Positions 10,417-21,729 of a DNA stretch of 32,000 nt are shown piece by piece (position 1 is the first letter of the stretch; every line of letters starts with the position of its first letter). Where the stretch lies: the NCBI GenBank assembly GCA_963843975.1, contig CAWJMG010000003.1, positions 2,130,001-2,162,000 of the forward strand. The letters are read 5' to 3'. A program made the position numbers and the translations under genes. The stretch comes from an uncultured Actinomycetes bacterium (lineage in GTDB: Bacteria > Actinomycetota > Actinomycetes > S36-B12 > CAIYMF01). A model generated the notes under the pieces. The model was not told the DNA's origin and did not search any database. It saw only the letters and a program-made list of their open reading frames with translations.

Positions 10417-11538
10417 TCAGCGGGCGCTGACGACGACCTCGACGCGCTGGAACTCCTTGAGGTCGGAGTAGCCCGTCGTGGCCATCGCGCGGCGCAGGGC
10501 ACCGACGAGGTTCATGGTGCCGTCGGGCGCCGAGGACGGCCCGTGCAGGATCTGCGCGAGCGAGCCCGCCGTGCCCAGCTCGACGCGCTCGCCGCGCGGC
10601 AGCTCGGCATGGGTGGCCTCGATGCCCCAGTGGTAGCCCTTGCCCGGCGCCTCGGTGGCGCGCGCGAGCGGCGAGCCGATCATCACGGCGTCGGCGCCGC
10701 AGGCGAACGCCTTCGGCAGGTCGCCCGAGCGGCCGACTCCGCCGTCGGCGATGACGTGCACGTAGCGGCCGCCCGACTCGTCCATGTAGTCGCGGCGGGC
10801 AGCAGCGACGTCGGCGATGGCCGATGCCATCGGGACGCGGACTCCGAGGACGTCGCGCGTGGTGTGCGCCGCTCCCCCGCCGAAGCCGACCAGCACGCCG
10901 GCGGCGCCGGTACGCATGAGGTGCAGCGCGGCCTGGTAGGTGGCGCAGCCGCCGACGATGACGGGCACGTCGAGCTCGTAGATGAACTGCTTGAGGTTGA
11001 GGGGCTCACGGGTCGAACCGGGCGCCGGGACGTGCTCGGCGCTCACGGTGGTGCCACGGATGACGAAGATGTCGACGCCGGCGTCGACGACGGCCTTGGC
11101 GAACTGCGCGGTCCGCACCGGGGAGAGCGCGGCTGCGACCGTGACGCCGCCCGCGCGGATCTCGGCGATGCGCGAGGCGATGAGCTCCTCGCGGATGGGC
11201 GCCGCGTAGATCTCCTGCAGCCGCTTGGTCACGCCGACGACGGGCAGGTCGGCGATCTCGTCGAGCAGCGGCTGCGGGTCGTCGTACCTCGTCCAGAGGC
11301 CGTCGAGGTCGAGGACGCCGAGGCCGCCGAGCCGGCCGATCTCGATCGCGGTCGTGGGCGAGACGACGGAGTCCATCGGCGCCGCGAGCACCGGGGTGTC
11401 GAATGTGTAGGCGTCGATCCGCCACGTCACCGACACCGCCTCGGGGTCGCGGGTGCGGCGGCTCGGGACGACGGCGATGTCGTCGAGGTGGTACGCCGGA
11501 CGCGCGCGCTTGGAACGGCCGATCTCGATCTCGGTCAC
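10417..11538 (-). CDS. guaB3: GuaB3-family IMP dehydrogenase-related protein (no CBS insert; catalytic Cys replaced)
   Basis: 373 aa with a TIM-barrel IMPDH-like sequence. The active-site loop reads GFGGGAAHTTR, against [11 protein letters not shown] in the adjacent guaB. It lies directly downstream of guaB, as in other actinobacteria. Confidence 0.85.
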   Translation of the reverse strand: MTEIEIGRSKRARPAYHLDDIAVVPSRRTRDPEAVSVTWRIDAYTFDTPVLAAPMDSVVSPTTAIEIGRLGGLGVLDLDGLWTRYDDPQPLLDEIADLPVVGVTKRLQEIYAAPIREELIASRIAEIRAGGVTVAAALSPVRTAQFAKAVVDAGVDIFVIRGTTVSAEHVPAPGSTREPLNLKQFIYELDVPVIVGGCATYQAALHLMRTGAAGVLVGFGGGAAHTTRDVLGVRVPMASAIADVAAARRDYMDESGGRYVHVIADGGVGRSGDLPKAFACGADAVMIGSPLARATEAPGKGYHWGIEATHAELPRGERVELGTAGSLAQILHGPSSAPDGTMNLVGALRRAMATTGYSDLKEFQRVEVVVSAR

Positions 11539-11586
11539 GGGTGCCTCGGTTCTCGTGCGGGTGGGCGGGCGCGGCGGGTGCCGCGC

Positions 11587-13820
<2,234 letters not shown>

Positions 13821-14027
13821 GTTGTCGCGCACTCCCTCATCTGGCACCCCCGTTCGGGGGCGCTTCACAGAGGTGATCGGCACACGAACGGGTGAACCTG
13901 AGCCCTCCGTGTACGGCTTTCGCCGTAGTGAGCGAGCGACGGGGCGGCAGAACGCTGACGGAGCGTGGTCATGCGCGGCGCGGGGGCGATCCTGACGGGG
14001 ATGGTGCCCACCCTCGCGATCCGGGCC

Positions 14028-14933
14028 TCAGCCCTCGAGCAGGGCGGCGATGTCGGGTCGCAGGAGCCAGTCCGAGGCGAGGGTGGACGGCAGGTCCTCC
14101 GAGATCTGCCGCACGGCGGCACGCGCGGCCGTCAGCGATGCGGCGGCCTCGGCGGGGGCCGCCTCGGTGAGCAGCGCGCCGAGGACCGCACGGGCGGGCC
14201 ACACGAGCGGCAGGGTGCCGAGGCTCTCGGCGAGGCCGGCGGCACGCCGCAGGGTCACCGCGGCGAGCTCGAGCTCGCCGACCTGCACCTCGGCCACGCC
14301 CTGGAAGAGCAGGCCCTTGGCGACGTGCCGCGGCGCACCGGAGGTCTCGGCGAGGGTCACCGCCCCCGCGGCCCGGACGACGGCGTCAGCCGGCTGGTCG
14401 CGCAGCAGCGAGATCTCCGCGGCGACCCAGTCGACGCGGACGCGCTGGCGCCACCAGTCGGGCCGGCCGGAGACGAGATCGGCCGCCTCGCCGAGGCGGA
14501 ACGCGGCCTCGTCGTCCTCGCCGAGCCCGACCGCGTCGGCGGCGAGACCGAGCAGGGCGTCGAACCGCGCCTCCGGTGCCTCGCCCGCGAGATCGAGCGC
14601 GACCTCGTCGCGCACCCGCCCCTCCGCGTGCCGGCCGAGCTGGCGGCTGATGCTGGCCATGCTGGACGCCGCGAGCGAGGAGAAGATCAGCCGCTCGGGC
14701 TCCTCGGGCAGCGAGATGGCGAGGGGTTCGAGGACCGCGGACGCCGCGCCGTAGCGACCGGCCGAGGCGAGGCAGACGCCGAGCAGCCAGACCGCTGCCG
14801 TGGCCTCGGCGTCCTGGCCGCCGCCGTGGGCGAGCTCGACCGCCCGCTGCAGCGGGGCGACACCTGCGGAGGGACGGCCGTGGAAGGCCGCGCGCTCACC
14901 GGTGGCGAGCAGCTCGGCGAGCTCGTCGTCCAC
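14028..14933 (-). CDS. Hypothetical all-helical Ala/Leu-rich protein, TPR-like repeats
   Basis: 301 aa from GTG 14933 (GGAG 7 nt upstream) with strong third-position GC bias. Repeats are TPR-like, e.g. AVWLLGVCLASAGRYGAASAVLEP. No TM segment and no recognisable catalytic motif. Confidence 0.65.
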   Translation of the reverse strand: MDDELAELLATGERAAFHGRPSAGVAPLQRAVELAHGGGQDAEATAAVWLLGVCLASAGRYGAASAVLEPLAISLPEEPERLIFSSLAASSMASISRQLGRHAEGRVRDEVALDLAGEAPEARFDALLGLAADAVGLGEDDEAAFRLGEAADLVSGRPDWWRQRVRVDWVAAEISLLRDQPADAVVRAAGAVTLAETSGAPRHVAKGLLFQGVAEVQVGELELAAVTLRRAAGLAESLGTLPLVWPARAVLGALLTEAAPAEAAASLTAARAAVRQISEDLPSTLASDWLLRPDIAALLEG

Positions 14934-15040
14934 GCGTGCACTCCCTGGCGGTGTCGCGGCCGTGCTCGGCCGTCGCACGAGGCTAGCGGTCGCGGCTGCT
15001 GGGACGGCGGCCGACCGCCACGACCGGCCGCACGCGCGCG

Positions 15041-16057
15041 CTAGACGCCGATGGCGTGGGCGATGCGGGCGACGGCGCCGACCAGGTCGGACACGTGCTG
15101 CACTCCCGCGGGGAGCGGGTCCTCCCACCCAGGGCCGGCGACGAGCAGGGCCGGCGACGGGCGCATGGCCGGGAGCTCGGCGAGGACGGCGGCGCCCCCG
15201 GTGCTCGGCGCGTGCGCCCAGAGCAGCACGGCGCTCGGGCCGGTACGCCGCACCGCGGCCACCAGGGCCTCGTGCGGCACACGGGCGCCGAGCACCCGGG
15301 CGCCGATGCGCCGCTCGGACAGCGCCGCGGAGATGGCGAACAACGGGAGCGAGTGCATCTCGCCCGGGCCGCACGCCAGCAGCACCGGCCTCGGGTTCAC
15401 GGGGGCGCGCAGCTTGGACACGACGCCGGTGAGCGCAGCGGTGATGGACTCCGACAGGAGGTGCTCGACCTCGATGCCGGTGCCGGTGTTCTCCCACCGT
15501 CGCCCGACGCCGATCAGCACGGGCACCACGAGCTGGTCCCACGTCCACACCACGCCGCGACGCTCGATCGTCTCGCGGACGATGTCGACGCACGCGATCG
15601 AGTCGAGGCTCATCGCCGCGCGGGCGAGGCCGCGGACCTGCGGGGAGCCGTCCGGCAGCGGGATGACGTTGCCGCCGCCCGCGGGCGCCCGCTCGTCGAA
15701 GAGCGGGTCGAGGTCTGCGAGGTCCGGGGTGAGCAGCTCGACCGGAGCGCCGGGCGTGAGCGACGAGGTGCCGTGCAGCGCGGGCTCGACGTCGGCCTGC
15801 AGGGCCGCGCGCGCGGCATCCGCCGGCGGGACGCCGGTGTTGACCAGGCGGCGCATGAGGTCGAGGCGGGCGATGTCGATGCTGGAGTAGCGGCGGTGGC
15901 TCCCCGCCGAGCGCTCGGTCGGGCCGAGGCCGTACCGCCGGTCCCAGGTGCGCAGCGTCGCCGGGGCGACCCCGAGCCGGCGGGCCACCGCCGCGACCGT
16001 GAGGCCGGGGGGCGCCGGGGCGCTGGGCGCGAGCGGGACGATCTCGGAGGGCACCAT
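15041..16057 (-). CDS. MerR-family transcriptional regulator with a C-terminal B12-binding-like module (CarH/LitR family)
   Basis: 338 aa. The N-terminal HTH is LTVAAVARRLGVAPATLRTWDRRYGL...HRRYS. The helical-bundle motif RRWENTGTGIEVEH fits W-x9-E-H. The Rossmann part GPGEMHSLP fits E-x-H, followed by LLVAGPGW. Confidence 0.8.
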   Translation of the reverse strand: MVPSEIVPLAPSAPAPPGLTVAAVARRLGVAPATLRTWDRRYGLGPTERSAGSHRRYSSIDIARLDLMRRLVNTGVPPADAARAALQADVEPALHGTSSLTPGAPVELLTPDLADLDPLFDERAPAGGGNVIPLPDGSPQVRGLARAAMSLDSIACVDIVRETIERRGVVWTWDQLVVPVLIGVGRRWENTGTGIEVEHLLSESITAALTGVVSKLRAPVNPRPVLLACGPGEMHSLPLFAISAALSERRIGARVLGARVPHEALVAAVRRTGPSAVLLWAHAPSTGGAAVLAELPAMRPSPALLVAGPGWEDPLPAGVQHVSDLVGAVARIAHAIGV

Positions 16058-16400
16058 GACCTCCCGATTGTGGGGGCCAACCCGGCGCGAGGCCAGCCGA
16101 AACGCGCCAGGCCCTGTTCACCTCCCACCCGCGATGCCGACCGGGGCGCCGCGGTCGACCCCCGGCGGACTGCCTCCGGTTACCGGTCGCAGCCCTCGGG
16201 CGGGAACGATCCGGGCACACGATGGCGTTAGCCGTGTACCGCGGTCCTCGCGGATTCCGTGCGTGATCACGGCATCCAGACAGGCCCTCGGCGACGAAGC
16301 AGGGGTGGGCGGCACGGACGACCCGAGGCACGCGAGCAGGTGCCTGAGGGTCGACCACCGCCTGGATCGAATCGGTTCGTAGGTTGTGCATCACATGATG

Positions 16401-16430
16401 TTGACCAACCTGTGAAGCGGTTGTAGGTTG
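16401..16430 (+). promoter_or_regulatory. Predicted housekeeping-sigma promoter of whiB3/whiD
   Basis: -35 TTGACC (16401-16406), 18-bp spacer, -10 TAGGTT (16425-16430). AAGGAG (16447-16452) lies 7 nt before ATG 16460. Confidence 0.5.
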
Positions 16431-16459
16431 CTGATCAGTCGCACAGAAGGAGCACGACG

Positions 16460-16765
16460 ATGGCGGATGTTTCCCGACTCCCCGGTCCGAACGCGGACCT
16501 CTGGGACTGGCAGCTCGACGCCGCCTGCCGCGGCGAGGACAGCGACCTGTTCTTCCACCCCGAAGGCGAGCGCGGCCCGTCGCGCCTGTCCCGCGAGCTG
16601 GCCGCCAAGAGCGTCTGCGCCCGCTGCCCCGTGGCAGCGATGTGCGCGGCCCACGCCCTGAGCGTCCGCGAGCCGTACGGCGTCTGGGGCGGTCTGTCCG
16701 AGGACGAGCGCGAGGCCATCTACCTCAAGCAGCGCCTGTCCGGCTCGTACGCCCGCCCGGCCTGA
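16460..16765 (+). CDS. whiB3: WhiB-family [4Fe-4S] transcription factor, WhiB3/WhiD orthologue group
   Basis: 101 aa: LPGPNADLWDWQLDAACRG...FFHPEGERG...CARCPVAAMCAAHAL...EPYGVWGGLSEDER. It has four Cys (C-x29-C-x2-C-x5-C) and the GVWGG turn. It sits next to groEL1, as do Mtb whiB3 and Streptomyces whiD. Confidence 0.92.
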   Translation: MADVSRLPGPNADLWDWQLDAACRGEDSDLFFHPEGERGPSRLSRELAAKSVCARCPVAAMCAAHALSVREPYGVWGGLSEDEREAIYLKQRLSGSYARPA

Positions 16766-16771
16766 CGACCT

Positions 16772-16818
16772 CGGGGCGCGGCGCCCCTCCGACCCCCCTC
16801 GCGGGGTGCCGCGCCCCG
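16772..16818 (+). terminator. 16-bp GC hairpin with a C-rich 15-nt loop, 7 nt after the whiB3 stop
   Basis: CGGGGCGCGGCGCCCC tccgacccccctcgc GGGGTGCCGCGCCCCG (one G.U). There is no U tract. Confidence 0.45.
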
Positions 16819-16887
16819 ACCTCCACCTGCGACGTGCGCCCGGCGCACCGAGCAGACCGGCGGCTCCGGGAAACAGCCGCCCGCTCT

Positions 16888-16931
16888 CACGCAGAAAGGC
16901 CCCGCCCACATGGGCGGGGCCTTTCTGCGTG
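16888..16931. terminator. Bidirectional intrinsic terminator between convergent whiB3 and groEL1
   Basis: Perfect 20-bp palindrome CACGCAGAAAGGCCCCGCCC acat GGGCGGGGCCTTTCTGCGTG. The GC core is flanked by AAA/TTT on both strands, and it lies 16 nt from the groEL stop. Confidence 0.75.
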
Positions 16932-16946
16932 ATCAGTGGTGCTCGG

Positions 16947-18605
<1,659 letters not shown>

Positions 18606-18634
18606 CTAGTCGTGCTGTGGCGTTTCGGGACGGG

Positions 18635-18667
18635 TCCGCCCCGGGGCCCGGAGGCCGCCGGGGCGGA
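18635..18667 (-). other. Intercistronic groES-groEL hairpin
   Basis: TCCGCCCCGG ggcccggaggccg CCGGGGCGGA (10-bp stem) within the 120-nt groES-groEL spacer. Confidence 0.4.
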
Positions 18668-18704
18668 TCACGTCAGTGGTGCTCGTGCGCTGTAGGAGCG
18701 ACGG

Positions 18705-18998
18705 TCACTTCTCGATGACGGCGAGCACGTCGCGAGCCGACAGCAGGAGGTACTCCTGGCCGTCGTACTTCACCTCGGTGCCGCCGTACTTCGAGTAGAT
18801 GACCTTGTCGCCGACCTTGACGTCGAGGGGCAGGCGCTGCCCGTCCTCGAAGCGGCCCGGGCCCACGGCCAGGACCTCGCCCTCCTGGGGCTTCTCCTTG
18901 GCGGTGTCCGGGATGACGAGCCCGGAGGCCGTCGTCTGCTCGGCTTCGATGCTCTTGACGAGGATGCGGTCCTCGAGCGGCTTGATGCTGACCGACAC
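18705..18998 (-). CDS. groES: Co-chaperonin GroES
   Basis: 97 aa: [11 protein letters not shown]...[24 protein letters not shown]. The GTG start has GGAGGA 6 nt upstream. Confidence 0.97.
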   Translation of the reverse strand: MSVSIKPLEDRILVKSIEAEQTTASGLVIPDTAKEKPQEGEVLAVGPGRFEDGQRLPLDVKVGDKVIYSKYGGTEVKYDGQEYLLLSARDVLAVIEK

Positions 18999-19102
18999 GG
19001 TCTGTCCTCCACGTGCAGTGAATGTGAGTCGTGGTGCTGATGCCAGTGCGGGTGACCGGGCGTCAGGGCGTCGTCGCGGGTGCCGCTCCGGTGCCGGTCG
19101 CG

Positions 19103-19127
19103 TGGCACTCTCACGGGGAGAGTGCCA
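19103..19127 (-). promoter_or_regulatory. CIRCE element (HrcA operator), promoter-proximal copy
   Basis: TGGCACTC-n9-GAGTGCCA, an actinobacterial variant of TTAGCACTC-n9-GAGTGCTAA. Confidence 0.8.
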
Positions 19128-19135
19128 ACGGGTCC

Positions 19136-19164
19136 AATCTAGGCAGGTGCTGGCACTCGGTCAA
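19136..19164 (-). promoter_or_regulatory. Predicted groES-groEL1 promoter
   Basis: Read on the minus strand: -35 TTGACC (19164-19159, inside the spacer of the distal CIRCE), 17-bp spacer, -10 TAGATT (19141-19136). Confidence 0.55.
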
Positions 19165-19175
19165 CCCGAGTGCCA
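19151..19175 (-). promoter_or_regulatory. CIRCE element (HrcA operator), distal copy overlapping the -35
   Basis: TGGCACTC ggtcaaccc GAGTGCCA. Confidence 0.8.
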
Positions 19176-19201
19176 GCCAGCGGCCCTGAGAGGCTCTCCC
19201 C

Positions 19202-20479
19202 GTGGACCTCGACACCGCCACCTGGCTCGCCTCGGACGCCGGCCGCGCCGTGCTCGCCGAGGCCACGGCGTACGACGACGCCGCCCACGCACGCGCCGCA
19301 GCGGGCCAGGCCGCCGCGGTCGACCCCCTCAAGGCCTCGGCCGCGCTGCAACGGGCCGCACCGGACACGGGTGCCGCCCAGCGCGCGGCCGCGCTCACCC
19401 AGGTGCGACTGCGCCGCCGCGCCCGGCCCCGGCTCGGCGACGTCGTCGACCACCTGCTGCTCACCGAGGACGGCGCCGAGCAGGCCACCCGCACGGCCGT
19501 CGCCGACCTGCGGGCATCGTCGTACGCCGCCGCGGGCGCCACCCATGTGGCCGACCTCGGCTGCGGCCTCGGCCTCGACTCCCTCGCCTTCGCCCGGGCC
19601 GGCATCGCGGTGACGGCGGTCGAGCGCGACCCCGTCGTGGCGGCCCTCGCCCGCGCCAACGTCGCGGCGCTCGGGCTCGACGACCTCGTGAGCGTGGTGG
19701 TCGGCGACGTCACCGACCCCGACGTCGTGTCCGCCGCCCTCGCCGGCGCGGACGCGGCGTACGTCGACCCCGCGCGCCGCGACACCGCGCAGCGCGCCGG
19801 CGGACGCAGCGCCCGGGTCACCGAGCCGCAGCAGTGGTCGCCGCCGTGGTCGTGGGTGCGGGAGGTCGCGGGACGGGTCCCGCGCACGGCGGCCAAGGTC
19901 GCACCCGGCGTCCCGCACGAGATGACGCCCGACGGCGGCTGCACCACCTGGACGTCGGTCGACGGCCAGCTCGTCGAGGCCGAGATCGCCTGGCCCGCGC
20001 TGGCGGACGGCAGCACGCGTCGGCGCGCGCGAGTGCTGCGAGGCGCACACGTCGTCACGCTCGAGTCCGCAGTCGGGCTCGAGGACGAGACACCTCCGCC
20101 GGTAGGCCCTGTCGGCGGCTGGCTGCACGAGCCCGACGACGCGGTGATCCGCGCGGGCCTGGTCGGCGAGGTCGCCGCACGGCTCGACGGCCGCCTGCTC
20201 GACCCGCACGTGGCCTACGTGACGACCGACGTCGACCGCGACCTCGGCCCCCTCACCGCGCGGTACGCCGTACGCCACGCGCTGCCCTACGACCTCGACG
20301 CGCTGCGCGCCCTGCTCGTCGCCGACGGCATCGGCACCGTCGTGGTGAAGAAGCGCGCGACCTCGCTCGACGTCGACGACGTACGCCGCCGGGTCCGCCT
20401 GCCGAGGGCCGCGGGCACCGCCGTGGTGCTGCTCGCCCGCATCGGCGACGACCCCTGGGCGTACGTCGCCGACGCCTGA
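19202..20479 (+). CDS. Class I SAM-dependent methyltransferase with a C-terminal THUMP-like domain
   Basis: 425 aa. The SAM motif I is VADLGCGLGLDSLAFARAG, with an acidic loop VERD and motif IV AAYVDPARR. The family call is from memory of similar actinobacterial proteins. Confidence 0.7.
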   Translation: MDLDTATWLASDAGRAVLAEATAYDDAAHARAAAGQAAAVDPLKASAALQRAAPDTGAAQRAAALTQVRLRRRARPRLGDVVDHLLLTEDGAEQATRTAVADLRASSYAAAGATHVADLGCGLGLDSLAFARAGIAVTAVERDPVVAALARANVAALGLDDLVSVVVGDVTDPDVVSAALAGADAAYVDPARRDTAQRAGGRSARVTEPQQWSPPWSWVREVAGRVPRTAAKVAPGVPHEMTPDGGCTTWTSVDGQLVEAEIAWPALADGSTRRRARVLRGAHVVTLESAVGLEDETPPPVGPVGGWLHEPDDAVIRAGLVGEVAARLDGRLLDPHVAYVTTDVDRDLGPLTARYAVRHALPYDLDALRALLVADGIGTVVVKKRATSLDVDDVRRRVRLPRAAGTAVVLLARIGDDPWAYVADA

Positions 20480-20522
20480 GCGACCGTCGGCTGCCGGAGG
20501 GTTGGGGCTCGATCGGGCGGGG

Positions 20523-20544
20523 GATGCTACCGGCCAGTAGCATC
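20523..20544 (+). promoter_or_regulatory. Palindrome upstream of the acyl-CoA dehydrogenase gene (candidate operator)
   Basis: GATGCTAC cggcca GTAGCATC, flanked on both sides by GCTCGATCG (20506-20514 and 20546-20554), 34-55 bp upstream of GTG 20578. Confidence 0.35.
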
Positions 20545-20577
20545 TGCTCGATCGCAGCCGACAGCCCGGAGGACGAC

Positions 20578-21723
20578 GTGAAGCGCAGGATCTTCGACGA
20601 GGACCACGAGGCGTTCCGTGCCTCGGCCCGTGCCTTCCTCGAGCGCGAGGTGACGCCGCGCCTGGAGGAGTTCATCGAGGCCAAGGCGATCCCGCGCGAC
20701 GTCTGGATCGAGGCCGGCAAGCAGGGCTTCCTCGGCCTCGAGATCCCCGAGGAGTACGGCGGCAGCGAGGCCGGCGACTACCGCTTCAACGCCGTCCTCG
20801 GCGAGGAGATGTCGCGGGTGTCGGCCGCGGTCTCGTCGTGCCTCGGCATCCACGGCGACGTCGTCGCGCCGTACCTCCGCGACCTGTGCACCGAGGAGCA
20901 GAAGCAGCGGTGGCTGCCCGGCTTCTGCACCGGCGAGATCGTGACCGCGATCGGCATGACCGAGCCGAGCGGCGGCTCCGACCTCGCAGCGCTGAAGACC
21001 ACCGCCGTCCGCGACGGCGACGACTGGATCGTCAACGGCTCGAAGACGTTCATCACCAACGGCTACAGCGCCGACCTCGTCGTGGTCGCCGCACGCACCA
21101 CGCCGGGCCAGGGCGCCAAGGGCATCACGCTGTTCGGCATCGAGACCGGAATGGAAGGCTTCACCCGCGGCCGCAAGCTCGACAAGGTCGGGCAGACCGA
21201 GTCCGACACGGCCGAGCTGTTCTTCACCGACGTCCGCGTGTCCGACGCCAACCGCATCGGCGAGGTCGACCGCGGATTCATCTCGATGATGGAGCGGCTG
21301 CCGCAGGAGCGCCTCGGCGCCGCGGTGTCGAACATCGCGCACGCCGCTGCGATCCTCGAGGAGACGCTCGAGTACGTGAAGCAGCGCAAGGCGTTCGGCC
21401 AGTCGATCGGCTCGTTCCAGCACAACAAGTTCCTGCTCGCCGAGCTGACCACGCAGATCGAGGTGTCGCAGGCGTTCGTCGACCAGTGCGTGATGGCGTT
21501 CTGCGACGGCGAGCTCAGCGCCGTCGACGCCGCGAAGGCGAAGTGGTGGTCGGCGCAGGTGCAGAACGACGTGCTCGACGCGTGCGTGCAGCTCTACGGC
21601 GGCTACGGCTTCATGAACGAGTACCGCGTCGCCCGTGCCTGGCGCGATGCACGCGTGACGAAGATCTGGGCCGGCTCGAACGAGATCATGAAGGAGCTCA
21701 TCGGCCGCGACCTCGGCCTCTAG
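20578..21723 (+). CDS. Acyl-CoA dehydrogenase family protein
   Basis: 381 aa from GTG 20578 (GGAGGA 4 nt upstream). Motifs: GMTEPSGGSDLAALKT, WIVNGSKTFITNG, YGGYGFMNEYRVARAWRDARV. The 974-aa track ORF is read-through. Confidence 0.92.
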   Translation: MKRRIFDEDHEAFRASARAFLEREVTPRLEEFIEAKAIPRDVWIEAGKQGFLGLEIPEEYGGSEAGDYRFNAVLGEEMSRVSAAVSSCLGIHGDVVAPYLRDLCTEEQKQRWLPGFCTGEIVTAIGMTEPSGGSDLAALKTTAVRDGDDWIVNGSKTFITNGYSADLVVVAARTTPGQGAKGITLFGIETGMEGFTRGRKLDKVGQTESDTAELFFTDVRVSDANRIGEVDRGFISMMERLPQERLGAAVSNIAHAAAILEETLEYVKQRKAFGQSIGSFQHNKFLLAELTTQIEVSQAFVDQCVMAFCDGELSAVDAAKAKWWSAQVQNDVLDACVQLYGGYGFMNEYRVARAWRDARVTKIWAGSNEIMKELIGRDLGL

Positions 21724-21729
21724 CCACCT

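Noticed and set aside
14028-16394. 788-aa minus-strand ORF spanning the TPR-like and MerR regions
   Set aside because: Only the 3' 301 codons carry a protein-like sequence with an SD and start. Further upstream it runs out of frame across the MerR/CarH-like gene, which is clearly coded in another frame.
16391-16405. BldD-box-like sequence ATCACATGATGTTGA in the whiB3 promoter
   Set aside because: It matches only about half of the constrained positions of the BldD consensus as I remember it (TnAC...GTnA), with the centre and one half-site mismatched. I cannot support the call.
16772-16850. Calling the whiB3 3' hairpins a 6C-family sRNA
   Set aside because: 6C has two hairpins that each carry C-rich loops, and a different conserved genomic context. 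Here only one loop is C-rich. I kept it only as a speculative 3'UTR element.
18799-21723. 974-aa plus-strand ORF
   Set aside because: Only 20578-21723 is the acyl-CoA dehydrogenase. The upstream part is an Arg-rich out-of-frame read through the groES antisense region and the methyltransferase gene.
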